Below are positions 1 to 12,724 of a stretch of DNA of 61,636 bases, one piece after another. Position numbers and translations under genes: made by a program. Positions within the stretch are counted from its first letter, which is position 1. Each line of letters starts with the position of its first letter. This stretch comes from Chara braunii (Eukaryota; Plantae; Charophyceae), in assembly GCA_003427395.1 (NCBI GenBank), contig BFEA01000016.1, positions 262,142-323,777 on the forward strand, in the 5' to 3' direction. The notes under the pieces are model-generated. The model worked only from the letters and a program-made list of their open reading frames with translations. It was not told where the DNA came from and searched no databases.

Positions 1-3000
1 GTGAAGTGTTAATTTCAAGCATGTGACTTGACTTTCACTGCATGCATGAAGTTCTCACATCTTCAGAATACCTGCTGACGGCTCATGTTAACCTACTTGG
101 AAGGTCGCCGAGTGTGAGTGAACATGCTTAGTATTGCTGTTGACTTGAGTTACGAGTGTCCAGTTGGCAGAATCAAGTATATTGAAGACAACTTACAGGA
201 GCTCGCGAACCTCAGGGACATGCAATTGAACGTACTTTCTACTCCAACGTGCTTTGCACTGAGATTTTTTGTGTGTCAAATGTTAATCCCAAGCTTGTGA
301 CTTGACTTTCACTGCATGCATGAAGCTTCTCACATCTTTAGAATACCTGCTGACGGCGCATGTGAACCTCCTTGGAAGGTCACCGAGCGTGAGTGAACAT
401 GCTTACTATTGCTGCTGACTTGAGTTACGAGGGTCCAGTAGGCATAATCAAGTATATTGAAGATAACTTACGGGAGCTCGCGAACCTCGGGGACATGCAA
501 TTGAAGGTACTTTCTACTCCAACGTGCTTTGTACTGAGATTTTTTGTGTGTGAAGTAATAAAATCAAGCGTGTAACTTGACTTTCACTACATGCATGAAG
601 CTTCTCACATCTTCAGAATACCTGCTGACGGCGCATGTGAACCTACTTTGAAGGTCGCCGAGTGTGAGTGAACATGCTTAGTATTGCTATTGACTTGAGT
701 TACGAGGGTCCTGTCGGCAGAATCAAGTATATTGAAGACTACATACGCGAGCTCGCGAACCTCCGGGACATGCAATTGAACGTACTTTGTACTCCAACGT
801 GGTTTGTACTGAGATTTTTTGTGTGTAAAGTGTTAATCTCAAGCGTGTGACTTGACTTTCACTGCATGCATGAAGCTTCTCACATCTTCAGAATACCTGC
901 TGACGGTGCATGTGAACCTACTTGGAAGGTTGCCGAGTGTGAGTGAACATACTTAGTGTTGCTGCTGACTTGAGTTACGAGGGTCCTCTCGGCAGAATCA
1001 ATGGTATTGAAGATAACTTACGTGAGCTTGCGAACCTTCGGAAGATGCAATTGAACGTACTTTGTACACTAACATGCTTTGTACTGACATTTTTTGTGTG
1101 TGAAGTGTTAATCTCAAGCATGTGACTTGACTTTCACTGCATGCATGGAGTTTCTCACACCTTCCGAATACCTGCTGACGGCGCATGTGAACCTACTTGG
1201 AAGGTCGCCGAGTGTGAGTGAACATGCTTAGTATTGCTGTTGACTTGAGTTCCGAGGGTCCAGTCTGAAGAATCAAGTATATTGAAGACAACTTACGCGA
1301 GTTCGTGAACCTCCGGAAGATGGAATTGAACGTACTTTGTACTCCAACGTGGTTTGTACTAAGATTTTTTGTGTGTGAAGTGTTAATCTCAAGTGTGTGA
1401 CTTGACTTTCACTGCATGCATGAAGCTTCTCACATCTTCAGAATACCTGTTGACGGCGCATGTGAAACTACTTGGAAGGTTGCCGAGTGTGGGTGAACAT
1501 ACTTAGTGTTGCTGCTGACTTGAGTTACAAGGGTCCTGTCGGCAGAATCAAGTATATTGAAGACAACTTACGCGAGCTTGCGAACGTCCGGCACATGCAA
1601 TTGAACGTACTTTGTACTCCAACGGGCTTTGTACTGAGATTTTTTGTGTGTGATATGTGAATCTGAAGCGTGTGACTTAACTTTCACTGCATGCATGAAG
1701 CTTCTCATATCTTCAGAATACCTGCGAACGGCGCATGTGAACCTACTTGGAGGATCGCTGAGTGTGAGTGAACATGCTTGCTACTGCTGCTGACTTGAGT
1801 TATAAGGGTCCAGTAGGCATAATCAAGTATATTGAAGACAACTTACGAGAGCTCGTGAACCTCCGGGACATGCAGTTGAACGTTCTTTGTACTCTAACGT
1901 GCTTTGTACTAAGATTTTTTGTGTGTGAAGTGTTAATCTCAAGCGTGTGACTTGACTTTCACTACATGCATGAAGCCTGTCACATCTATAGAATACCTGC
2001 TGACTGTGCATGTGAACGTACTTGGAAGGTCACCGACTGTGAGTGAACATGCTTACTATTGCTGCTGACTTTAGTTACGAGGGTCCAGTAGGCATAATCA
2101 AGTATATTGAAGACAACTCACGGGAACTCGCGAACCTCCGGGACAGGCGATTGAACGTACTTTCTACTCCAACGTGCTTTGTACTGAGATTTTTTGTGTG
2201 TCAAATGTTAATCTCAAGCTTGTGACTTGACTTTCACTGCATGCATGAAGCTTCTCACATCTTCAGAATACATGCTGACGACGCATGTGAACCTATTTGG
2301 AAGGTCGTCGAGTGTGAGTGAACATGCTTAGTATTGTTGCTGACTTCAGTTACGAGGGTCCAGTCGGCAGAATCAAGTATATTTAGGACATCTTACGCGA
2401 TATTGCGAACCTCCGGGACATGCAATTGAACGTACTTTGTACTCGAACGTGCTTCGTACTAAGATTTTTTGTGCGTGAAGTGTTAATCTCAAGCGTGCGA
2501 CTTGACTTTCACTGCATGCATGAAGCTTCTCACATCTTCAGAATACCTGCTGACGGCGCTTGTGAACCTACTTGGAAGGTCACCGAATTTGAGTGAACAT
2601 GCTTAGTATTGCTGCTGACTTCAGTTACGAGGGTTTAGTCGGCAGAATCAAGTATATTCAAGACAACTTACCCGAGCTCGCGAACCTCCGAGTGACTTAA
2701 ACTGCATACATGAAGCTTCCCACATCTTCAGAAAACCAGCTGACGACGCATGTGAACCTACTTGGAAGGTCGCCGAGTGTAAGTGAACATGCTTATTATT
2801 GCGACTAACTTAAGTTACGAGCGTCTAGTCGACAAAATCAAGTATATTGAAGACAACTTACGCGAGCTTGCGAACCTCCGGGACGTGCAATTGAGCGTCC
2901 TTTCTACTCCAACATCCTTTGTACCGAGATTTTTTGTTTGTGAAGTGTTAATCTCAAGGGTGTGACTTGACTTTCACTACATGCATGAAGCTTCTCACAT

Positions 3001-6000
3001 TTTCAGAATACGTGCTGACGGCGCATGTGAACCTACTTGGAAGATTACCGAGTGTGAGTGAACATGCTTAGTATAGCTGCTGACTTGAGTTACGAGGGTC
3101 CAATCAGAAGAATCAAGTATATTTCAGAAAACTTACTCGAGCTCGCGAACCTCCGAGACATGCAATTGAACGTGCTTTGTACTCCAACGTGCTTTGTACT
3201 GAGATTTTTTGTGTGTGAAGTGTTAATCCCAAGCTTGGGACTTGACTTCCACTTTATGCATTAAGGTTCTCACATCTTAAGAATACCTGCTGACGACGCA
3301 TGTGAACCTACTTGGAAGGTCGCCGAGTGTGAAGCAACATGCTTACTATTGTTGCTGACTTGAGTTACGAGGGTCCAATAGGCATAATCTAGTATATTAA
3401 AGACAACTTACGGGAACTCGCGAACCTCCGGGACATGCAATTGAAGGTACTTTCTACTCCAACGTGCTTTGTACTAAGATTTATGTGTGTCAAATGTTAA
3501 TCTTAAGCTTGTGACTAGACTTTCAGTGAATGTATGAAGTTTCTCACATCTTCAGAATACCATCTGAGGGCGCATGTGAACCTACTTGGANGGTCGCCGA
3601 GTGTGAGTGAACATGCTTAGTATTGCTGGTGACTTGAATTACGAGGGTCCATTCGGAAGAATCAAGTACATAGAAGACAACTTACGCGAGCTCGCGAACC
3701 TCCAAGACATGCAATTGAACATACTTTGTACTCCAACGTGCTTTGTAATCAGATTTTTTTTTTTTAAAGTGTTAATCTCGAGCGTGTGACTTGACTTTCA
3801 CTGCATGAATGAAGCTTCTCACATCCTCAGAATACCTGCTGATAGCGCATGTGAACCGACTTGGAAGGTCGTCGAGTGCAAGTGAACCTCCTTAGTATTG
3901 CTGCTGACTTGAGTTATGAGGGTCAAGTCGGCAGAATCAAGTATATTGAAGATAACATACGCGAGCTCGCGAACGTCCGGGAGATGCAATAGAACGTACT
4001 TTGTACTTCAACGTGCTTTGTACTGAGATTTTTTGTGTGTAAATAGTAAATCTCAAGCGTGTGACTTGACTTTCACTGCATGCATGAAGGTTCTCACATC
4101 TTCATAATACCTTCTGACGGCGCATGTGAACCTACTTGGAAGGTCGCCGAGTGTGAGTGAACATGCTTAGTATTGCTGCTGACTTGAGTTACGAGGGTCC
4201 AGTCGGCAGAATCAAGTATGTTGAAAACAACTTACGCGAGCTTGCGAACCTCCGGGACGTGCAAATGATCGTACTTTGTACTCCAACGTGCTTTCTAATA
4301 ATAGTTTTTGTGTGTGAAGTGTTAATCTCAAACGTGTGACTTGACTTTCACTGCATGCATAAAGCTACTCACATCTTCACAATACCTGCTGACGGGTCAT
4401 GTGAACCTTTTTGGAAGGTTGCCGAGTGTGAGTGGACATGCTTAGTATTGCGGCTGACTTGAGTGACGAGGGTCCAGTCGGCAGAATCAAGTATATTGAA
4501 GACTAGTTACACAAGCTCGCGAACCTTCGAACGTACTTTGTACTCCAACGTGCTTTGTTCATAAATTTTTTGTCTTTGAAGTGGTAATCTAAAGCGTGTG
4601 ACTTGACTTTCACTACATGAATGAAACTTCTCACATCTTTAGAATACCTACAGACGGCGCATGTGAACCTACTCGGAAGGTCACTGCATGTGAGTGAACA
4701 TGCTTAGTATTGTTGCTGACTTGAGTTACGAGGGTCCAGTCAGAAGAATCAAGTATATTGAAGACAACTTACTCGAGCTCGCGAACTTCCTGGACATGCA
4801 ATTGAACGTGCTTTGTACTCCAACGTGCTTTGTACTGAAATTTTTTGTGTGTGAAGTGTTAATCCCAAGCATGTGACTTGACTTCCACTGCATGCATTAA
4901 GGTTCTCACATCTTCAGAATACCTGCTGATGACGCATGTGAACCTACTTGGAAGGTCGCCGAGTGTGAAGCAACATGCTTACTATTGTTGCTGACTTGAG
5001 TTACGAGGGTCCAGTAGGCATAATCAAGTATATTAAAGACAACTTACGGGAACTCGCGAACCTCCGGGACATGCAATTGAAGGTACTTTCTACTCCAACG
5101 TGCTTTGTACTGAGATTTTTTGTGTGTCAAATGTTAATCTTAAGCTTGTGACTTGACTTTCAGTGAATGTATGAAGTTTCTCACATCTTCAGAAAACCTG
5201 CTGAGGGCGCATGTGAACCTACTTGGAAGGTCGCCGAGTGTGAGTGAACATGCTTAGTATTGCTGGTGACTTGAATAACGAGGGTCTAGTCGGAAGAATC
5301 AAGTATATAGAAGACAACTTACGCGAGCTCGCGAACCTCCGGGACATGCAATTGAACATACTTTGTACTCCAAGGTGCTTTGTAATGAGATTTTTTGTGT
5401 GTGAAGTGTTAATCTCAAGCGTGTGACTTGACTTTCACTGCATGAATGAAGCTTCTCACATCTTCAGAATACCTGCTGACGGTGCATGTGAAGCTACTTG
5501 GAAGGTCGCCGAGTGTGAGCGAACATGCTTAGTATTGCTGCTGACTTGAGTTACGAGGGTCCAGTCGGCAAAATCAAGTATATTAAAGACAACTTACGCG
5601 AGCTCGCGAACCTCCGGCAGATGCAATTGAACGTACTTTGTACTCCAACGTGCTTTGTACTGAGATTTTTTGTGTGTGAAATGCAATCTAAAGCGTGTGA
5701 CTTGACTTTCACTGCATGGATGAAGCTTGCTGACGGCGCATGTGAACCTTCTTGGAAGGTCGCTGAGCGTGAGTCAACATGCTTCGTATTGCTGCTGACT
5801 TCAGTTACGAGGGTCGATTCGGCAGAATCAAGTATATTGAAGACAACTTACGGGAGCTTGCGAACCTCCGGGACATGCAATTGAACGTACTTTGTACTCC
5901 AACGTGCTTTGTAATAAAAAAATTTGTGTGTGAAGTGTTAATATCCAGAGTGTGACTTGACTTTCACTGCCTGCATGAAGCTTCTCACATCTTTAGAATA

Positions 6001-8705
6001 CCTGGTAACGGCGCATGTGAACCCACTTGGAAGGTTGCCGAGTGTAAGTGAATATGCTTAGTATTGCGACGAACTTCAATTACGAGGGTCCAGTCAGCAA
6101 AATCAAGTAAATTGAAGACAACTTACACGAGCTCGCGAACCTCCGAACGTACTCTGTACTCCAACGTGTTTTGTACTTGGATTTTTTGTCTGTGAAGTGT
6201 TAATCTCAAGCGTGTGACTTGACTTTCACTGCATGCATGAAACTTCTCACATCTTCTGAATACCTGCTGACGACGCATGTGAACCTGACCTTCCGACTGT
6301 GAGTGAACATGGTTATTATTGCTATTGACTTGAGCTACGAGGGTCCTGTCGGTAGAATCAAGTATATTGAAGACAACTTACGGGAGCTCGCGAACCTCCG
6401 TGACATGCAATTGAACGTACTTTGTACTCCAACGTTTTTTGTAGTGAGATTTTTTGTGTGTGAAGTGTTAATCTCAAGCGTGTGACTTGACATTCACTGC
6501 ACGCATGGAGTTTCTCACATCTTCATAATACCTGTTGACGGCTCATGTGAACCTACTTGGAAGGTCGCCGAGTGTGAGTGAACATGCTTAGTATTGCGAC
6601 TGACTTGAGTTACGAGGGTCCAGTTGGCAGAATCAAGTATATTGAAGACAACTTACGGGAGCTCGCCAACCTCCGAACGTACTTTGTACTCCAACGTGCT
6701 TTGTATTGATTTTTTTTGTCTATGAAGTGTTAATCTCAAGCGTGTGACTTGACTTTCACTGCATGCATGAAGCTTCTCACATCTTTAGAATACCTGCTGT
6801 CGGCGCATGTGAACCTACTTGGAAGGTCGCCGAGTGTGAGTGAACATGCTTAGTATTGCGGCTGACTTGATTTACGAGGGTCCAGTCGACAGAATCAAGT
6901 ATATTTAAGACAAATTACGCGAGCTCCCGAACCTCCTGGAGATGCAATTGAACGTACTTTGTATTCCAACGTGCTTTGTACTGAGATTTTTTGTTTGTGA
7001 AGTGTTAATCTCAAGCGTGTGACTTGACTTTCACTTCATGCATGAAACTTCTCACATCTTCAGAATACCTGTTGACGGCGCATGTGAACCTACTTGGAAG
7101 GTCACCGAGTGTGAGTGAACATGCTTAGTATTGCTCATGACTTGAGTTACGAGGGTCCAGTCGGCAGAATCAAGTATATTGAAGACAACTTACGGCAACT
7201 CGCGAACCTCCGGGACATGCAATTGAACGTACTTTGTACTCAAAAGTGCTTTGTACTGAGATTTTTTGTGTGTGAAGTGTTAATCTCAAGCGTGTGACTT
7301 GACTTTCACTGCATGGATGAAGCTTCTTACATCTTCTGAATGCCTGCTGACGGCGCATGTGAAACTGCTTGGAAGGTCGCCGGGTGTGAGTGAACATGCT
7401 TAGTATTGCGGCTGACTTGAGTTGTGAGGGTCTAGTCGGCAGAATCAAGTATATTGAAGACAACTGATGCGAGCTCGCCAACCACATAACGTACTTTGTA
7501 CTCCAACGTGCTTTGTACTGAGATTTTTTGTCTGTTAAGTGTTAATCTCAAGCGTGTGACTTGACTTTCACTGCATGAATGAAGCTTCTCACATCTTTAG
7601 AATACTTGCTGACACCGCATGTGAACCTACTTGGAAGGTCGCCGAGTGTGACTGAACATGCTTAGTATTGCGGTTGGCTTGAGTTACGAGGGTCTTGTTG
7701 GCAGAATCAAGTATATTGAAGACAACTTATGCGAGCTCGCGAATCTCCGGGACATGCAATTGAACGTACTTTGGACTCCAACGTGCTTTGTACTGAGATT
7801 TTTTGTATGTGAAGTGTTAATCTCAAGCTTGTGACTTGACTTTCACTGCATGCATGAAGCTTCTCACATCTTCAGAATACGTGCTGACGGCGCATGTGAA
7901 CCTACTTGGAAGGTCGCCGAGTGTGAGTGAACATGCTTAGTATTGCGGCTGACTTGAGTTACGAGGGTCCAGTCGGCAGAATCAAGTATATTGAAGACAA
8001 TTACGCGAGCTCGTGAACCTCCGGGACATGCAATTGAACGTACTTTGTACTCCAACGTGCTTTGTACGGAGATTTTTTGTCTGTGAAGTTTTAGTCTCAA
8101 GCGTGTGGCTTGACTTTCACTGCATGCATGAAGTTTCTCACATCTTGAGAATACCTGCTGACAGCGCACGTGAACCTACTTGGAAGGTCGTCGAGTGTGA
8201 GTGAACATGCTTAGTATTGCTGCTGACTTGAGTTACGAGGGTCCTGTCGGCAGAATCAAGTATATTGAAGACAACTTACGCGAGCTCGCGAACCTCCGGG
8301 ACATGCAATTGAACGTACTTTGTACTCCAACGTGCTTTGTACTGAAATTTTTTGTGTATGAAGTGTTAATCTCAAGCATGTGGCTTGACTTTCACTGCAT
8401 GCATGAAGCTTCTCACATCTTCAAAATACCTGCCGACGGCCCATGTGAACCTACTTGGAAGGTCGCCGAGTGTGAGTGAATGTGCTTAGTATTGCTTCTG
8501 ACTTGAGTTACGAGGGTCCAGTCGGCAGAATCAAGTATATTGAAGACAACTTACATGAGCTCGCAAACCTCCGAAACATGCAGTTGAACGTACTTTGTAC
8601 TCCAACGTGCTTTGTACTGAGATCGTTTCTGTGTGAAGTGTTAATCTCAAGCGTGTGGCTTGACGTTCACTGCATGCATGAAGCTTCTCACATCTTCTGA
8701 ATACC
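1..8705. repeat. 275-bp tandem satellite array, about 32 units; begins before the window
   Basis: Equivalent positions recur at 118, 393, 668, 943 ... 8201, 8476 (period 275). A few units carry deletions: 85 bp near 2690, 22 bp near 5727, 13 bp in four units. Each unit has a CGCGAGCTCGCG-type palindrome and TGCATGCA. The array ends abruptly after ...ctgaatacc at ~8705. Confidence 0.97.
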
Positions 8706-11700
8706 CTTTCCAACCTAAAATAAACTTTCCTTGCCTAACGGACCGAGTTCTTAGGGGGGGCGGCGACCGACAGGCGCAGGCGGATCCGGTCCAAAATGTT
8801 TTTAGCGCGAACTTTGGCGATTTTTTGCGCTCTGAACAATTGGGAAACAAATCTAAAAATTTGATATCCTGTAGATTAGACCGTTATCTTTCTAGGAAAA
8901 ATATCAAAAAATAATACTAAAAGATTTAAACTGCGAAATAAATGTCGCGCCGTTTCGTCACATTTTTCATTTTTACTACTCTACCACGTATGGGCCAACG
9001 AAAAAAGTAACCCAACTTTCGTGATTTTTTGCGATAAGAAGGATGATCCAACAACTCTGAAAATTCGAGGGTCCGTAGATTTTGTCATGATCTTTATAAA
9101 AAGATATAAAAATAAATAAAAATAATTTGAAACGTGAAATAAATCACGTGGGCAGTTCGATGCATTTTTGAATTTTGCCACTCCTCTGATTCCCCCTACT
9201 GTGCGGTCGGTAGCCCTCATGGACCTGTGCTACCGGTTCCCCCTAATTTATGGCGGCGGGGGTTATGGTGGTTTAAAACTTAATTTTAAAAAATTTAACC
9301 AATACTAATTCATAGGTATTTTAAAAAAAAATTCAAAATTTGAAATAAGATATTTTGGGGGGCTTTAAAATTTTGGAAAATATTTTTGAGTCAAAATAAT
9401 TAATTTTGGGCTTTGAAAAATAAAATTTAATCATATTTAACTCTTAAAAATTTATAAAAATTAAACAAATATATTAAAAATCCTTAACTAAACCCTTACT
9501 CCCTTACTAACCTGTTTTACGTATCTAGGGGCGTGTTGCTAGCCCGTCTGGCCTTTTATATGGTTTTGTAGCCTAAAAAAGTAGCCAAGAAGGCTAGCCT
9601 AAGCCTAGTTAGTCACTATAGGGTCTGACCCAACCCTGTCAGGAGGGCATTGGGCAGGCCTAGCGGTACCCATAACCTCTTTGGAGGGTAATCCAACAGT
9701 CATTCATTAGAGATGTTCCATCCCGCGCTCCCTCTACGACAATGAGCGCTTTAGTCCGGCTAAATCAATAGGTCCGGGTTACTACCCCTTTCTAACAGCT
9801 CTCATATTAGGTCGAGGCTCTTTCTCATCGTGGTAGATGGCAGAGCATGATTTCTTGTGTCAGGAGATCCAATAGGATGAGGACTTGAGGGGGTGATTAA
9901 TCATAGGTCCGGACTGGATGAGTGATTTTAGTTCGTTTATTGTTTGCTTAGTGTGAAATATGGATTTATAGCTCTGAGGATTGTTAGACAGTCTGAGTCA
10001 GACTTATTCATTAGGTCCGAGCTCCGAAGGAGACACTTACACAAGGTATGGGGTCCGACACTGTGGAAGTTCAGGTAGATACCATCCGTTATCGGATTGA
10101 GCTCTTCGTGAAGTTAGGGAGCGTCTTAGACAGGCTCCACTGGTGTGTGAGAGCCTGAACGATGATGGGAAACCGGAGTTGAATGATATATCACAGGCTA
10201 TTAGCCCGAGTCGGTCATTGGCTGTTGTGCGAGAGAGGAGTGGGACGGAGCTAGTCATGATAGATCAAGGTGGATAGTATCGTCCGAGATCGTCTAATCA
10301 GAGGAGTAAGGAGATGAGAGATAATCATCACAGAGATAACTGGCCAGATCGGTACGAAAGAGAGAAGGGATGCGATAGAAACAGAGATGGATATAGGACT
10401 CCACAAAGACGGGTCTACGGCGGAGAGATATGAGTCTTATGTACTCCCCTATGAGATACGAGATAGATGTTATGCATGACATCAGTCTTGCGAGCTGCAT
10501 ACCAAACTCCCTATCTTTAGAGGATATTGGATTTAAGATTCCTTAGAGAAGTGAGAATGACACACATATCATAGTTAGTGGACGAAGGATGAAATTATCG
10601 ACAACTTCCTGTTCAACTCTGACCTGAGCTTAGACAAGGGGATAAGGAATGTGAGACCAAGGGACTGACGCTGTAAGACTTACAGAGAAAATTTATATCA
10701 ACTCTTCAAGCATGAGGATATTAGTTACTCTATGAAAGACGTGGAAAAACTGGGGCAGGAAGAGGATGAGAGTGTTCTGACGTTTGGGAGGAGGTTTGAG
10801 AAAATGTCGAATGTGTTGGTGGCAATGGGGAAGTTGTCTGAGGTTGACAAATGCACAAGTTTTATCAGTCGACTGTCGAAGGGGAAGCAAAAAAGGATTC
10901 TGAGAGACCTTCTGCACGATCAGCTCGAGTTCGCAACAGTGCTTAGATTGGCTATGAGCGTCGACATTGATGAGTATAAGGACCTACTCTGGGCTGCATT
11001 GCGCCGCAGGGAGGATCTTCGGTCACCTTCTCGTTCTTCTGGTGTAGAGCGGTGCCCAAATTTTGATGATAGGTCTTGGGCAGACCACTGATACCCCAAT
11101 GATGGATCTAGAGAGCAGCGGACAGATATCACAGCTGATTCACGCATGAGAGAGATGCTCAAGAGGTTGGTTCGGCAGGTTGCAAGAATAGAGGCGAATA
11201 TGGAGACTGTTGGTTATAAGGCGAAGAATCACCCGTCGAACTCGTTGAGGTGCGATCGGGTAGTACTGGTCTGGCGTACTCGCTGAGATGGGATGATCGA
11301 AACCCAGTACCGCGGAGGGACGCAGAGGATAGAAATCGTCGAACACTAACTGATTATCTATCGAGGGAGCAAGAGTCTCATATACGTCGTGACGATCCTC
11401 CTAGGTGCAAGGATGAGGACCGAGATCGACGGGTTGACTATCCTAGAGACTATACGAGAGGTAGGAACTATGGGTATTGACAAGATAGTCGGGTGGAGAC
11501 CTACCCTCAAAATGACGAGGTGGGAACGTATTTCGAAGTCCCGAAGACCTCCGGCATGCAGAAGGGTATCCTAGGAGTCCAGATAGGTATGACAAGGCAA
11601 GAGATAGAAGTTGTAGTGACACTTCCCTTGGGCGATACGAGAGGAGAGATGTTGACCGGGACCGTCGTGATGATGTCGTAGGCCAACGTGAGCAATATAC

Positions 11701-11785
11701 TACATCGTCTGGTGATGCTCGGGCATCAGGCGGACACGGAGGATATAAACATGTCGAGGATGGACCATTTTCTCCTCATAAGACA

Positions 11786-11827
11786 TGCATCTATTGTTGT
11801 TCGGATAACTATGTTGGGAGGGATTGC
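11786..11827 (+). pseudogene. Gag CCHC zinc knuckle relic (CIYCCSDNYVGRDC; His replaced by Tyr)
   Basis: tgc atc tat tgt tgt tcg gat aac tat gtt ggg agg gat tgc fits CX2CX4HX4C with a single CAT>TAT change. Confidence 0.7.
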
Positions 11828-12490
11828 CCTGATCTTCAAAAGGTAATAGACTACGAGATAGTGGTACTTGACGATCGAAAGTACACCAAGAGGACCGACA
11901 ATCTAACAAATGCACCCATATTTCCGTCGACGAAGGAGGCGGTGGAGGTCAGACAAGCGTCATTGAACAAGGAAAAGAAGATCGCAAAGAGTCAGAGCGT
12001 CAAAATTATGTTATAGTTAGGACGCGAGACACCTATGACACCCATTCATGTCACTGCGACCAAATTGTTGCGAGCTCCTCCTTCGAAGGAGAGGGTTGAT
12101 CCAGATATGGTTGTGGTAGGTCGAGAGGAGGAGAAAAAAGAACGAAGAGTACTATCGCCACGAAAACGAACCCCGATGGGAGTTATTGTTACGACAAAGC
12201 CATTTAGGCGAGCACCTAGCCAACCTAAGTAGTATTCCATATTGGTGGTATCTGAGCCAACAAGAGATGAGTTCCTATCTCTTACCAATATAAGCAAAGT
12301 GCCTATACCAAACACGATTCTTATCGATCCCGAACGAGGAAACCCAATACGTTTGACCGATGAGACTTCATTGATTCTAGATCGTTCGCAGACAAGCCTT
12401 TTACGAACGTCGTTCCAGTGACACACCAGTCATAGCTTCCAGCGCTAGAGCGGACTGTACTGTGCCTGTTTTGTTTATGACCGAGAGAAC

Positions 12491-12724
12491 GTGCCTCAGG
12501 ACGCATTTCACGTTCCAGGGAATGGTATCATGGGCATTGTGCATAACGATGAGGTGGTTCTTCAAGGAATAGTTGATGATGGTTGTGAGGGAATCATTAT
12601 TAATAAGATGCATGTCAGTGCATTACGTCTCAAGTTGTATTTGGATAGTTCGATCAGGTTTGAGATAGAGACTGCAGACGCGACGAAGGATAAGGTTGTA
12701 AGTTTGTTGCGACGTGACTATTGA
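12491..12724 (+). pseudogene. Retroviral-type aspartic protease fragment
   Basis: Motif LQGIVDDGCEGIIIN resembles the hydrophobic-D-x-G active site, followed by a flap-like FEIETADAT. It lies downstream of the zinc knuckle. Confidence 0.6.

Noticed and set aside
1-8705. Tandem cluster of real 60-aa protein genes, or 5S/SL/snRNA genes
   Set aside because: ORF recurrence follows from the repeat itself, the track's starts are GTG, and several copies are broken. I recognise no 5S, tRNA or snRNA sequence.
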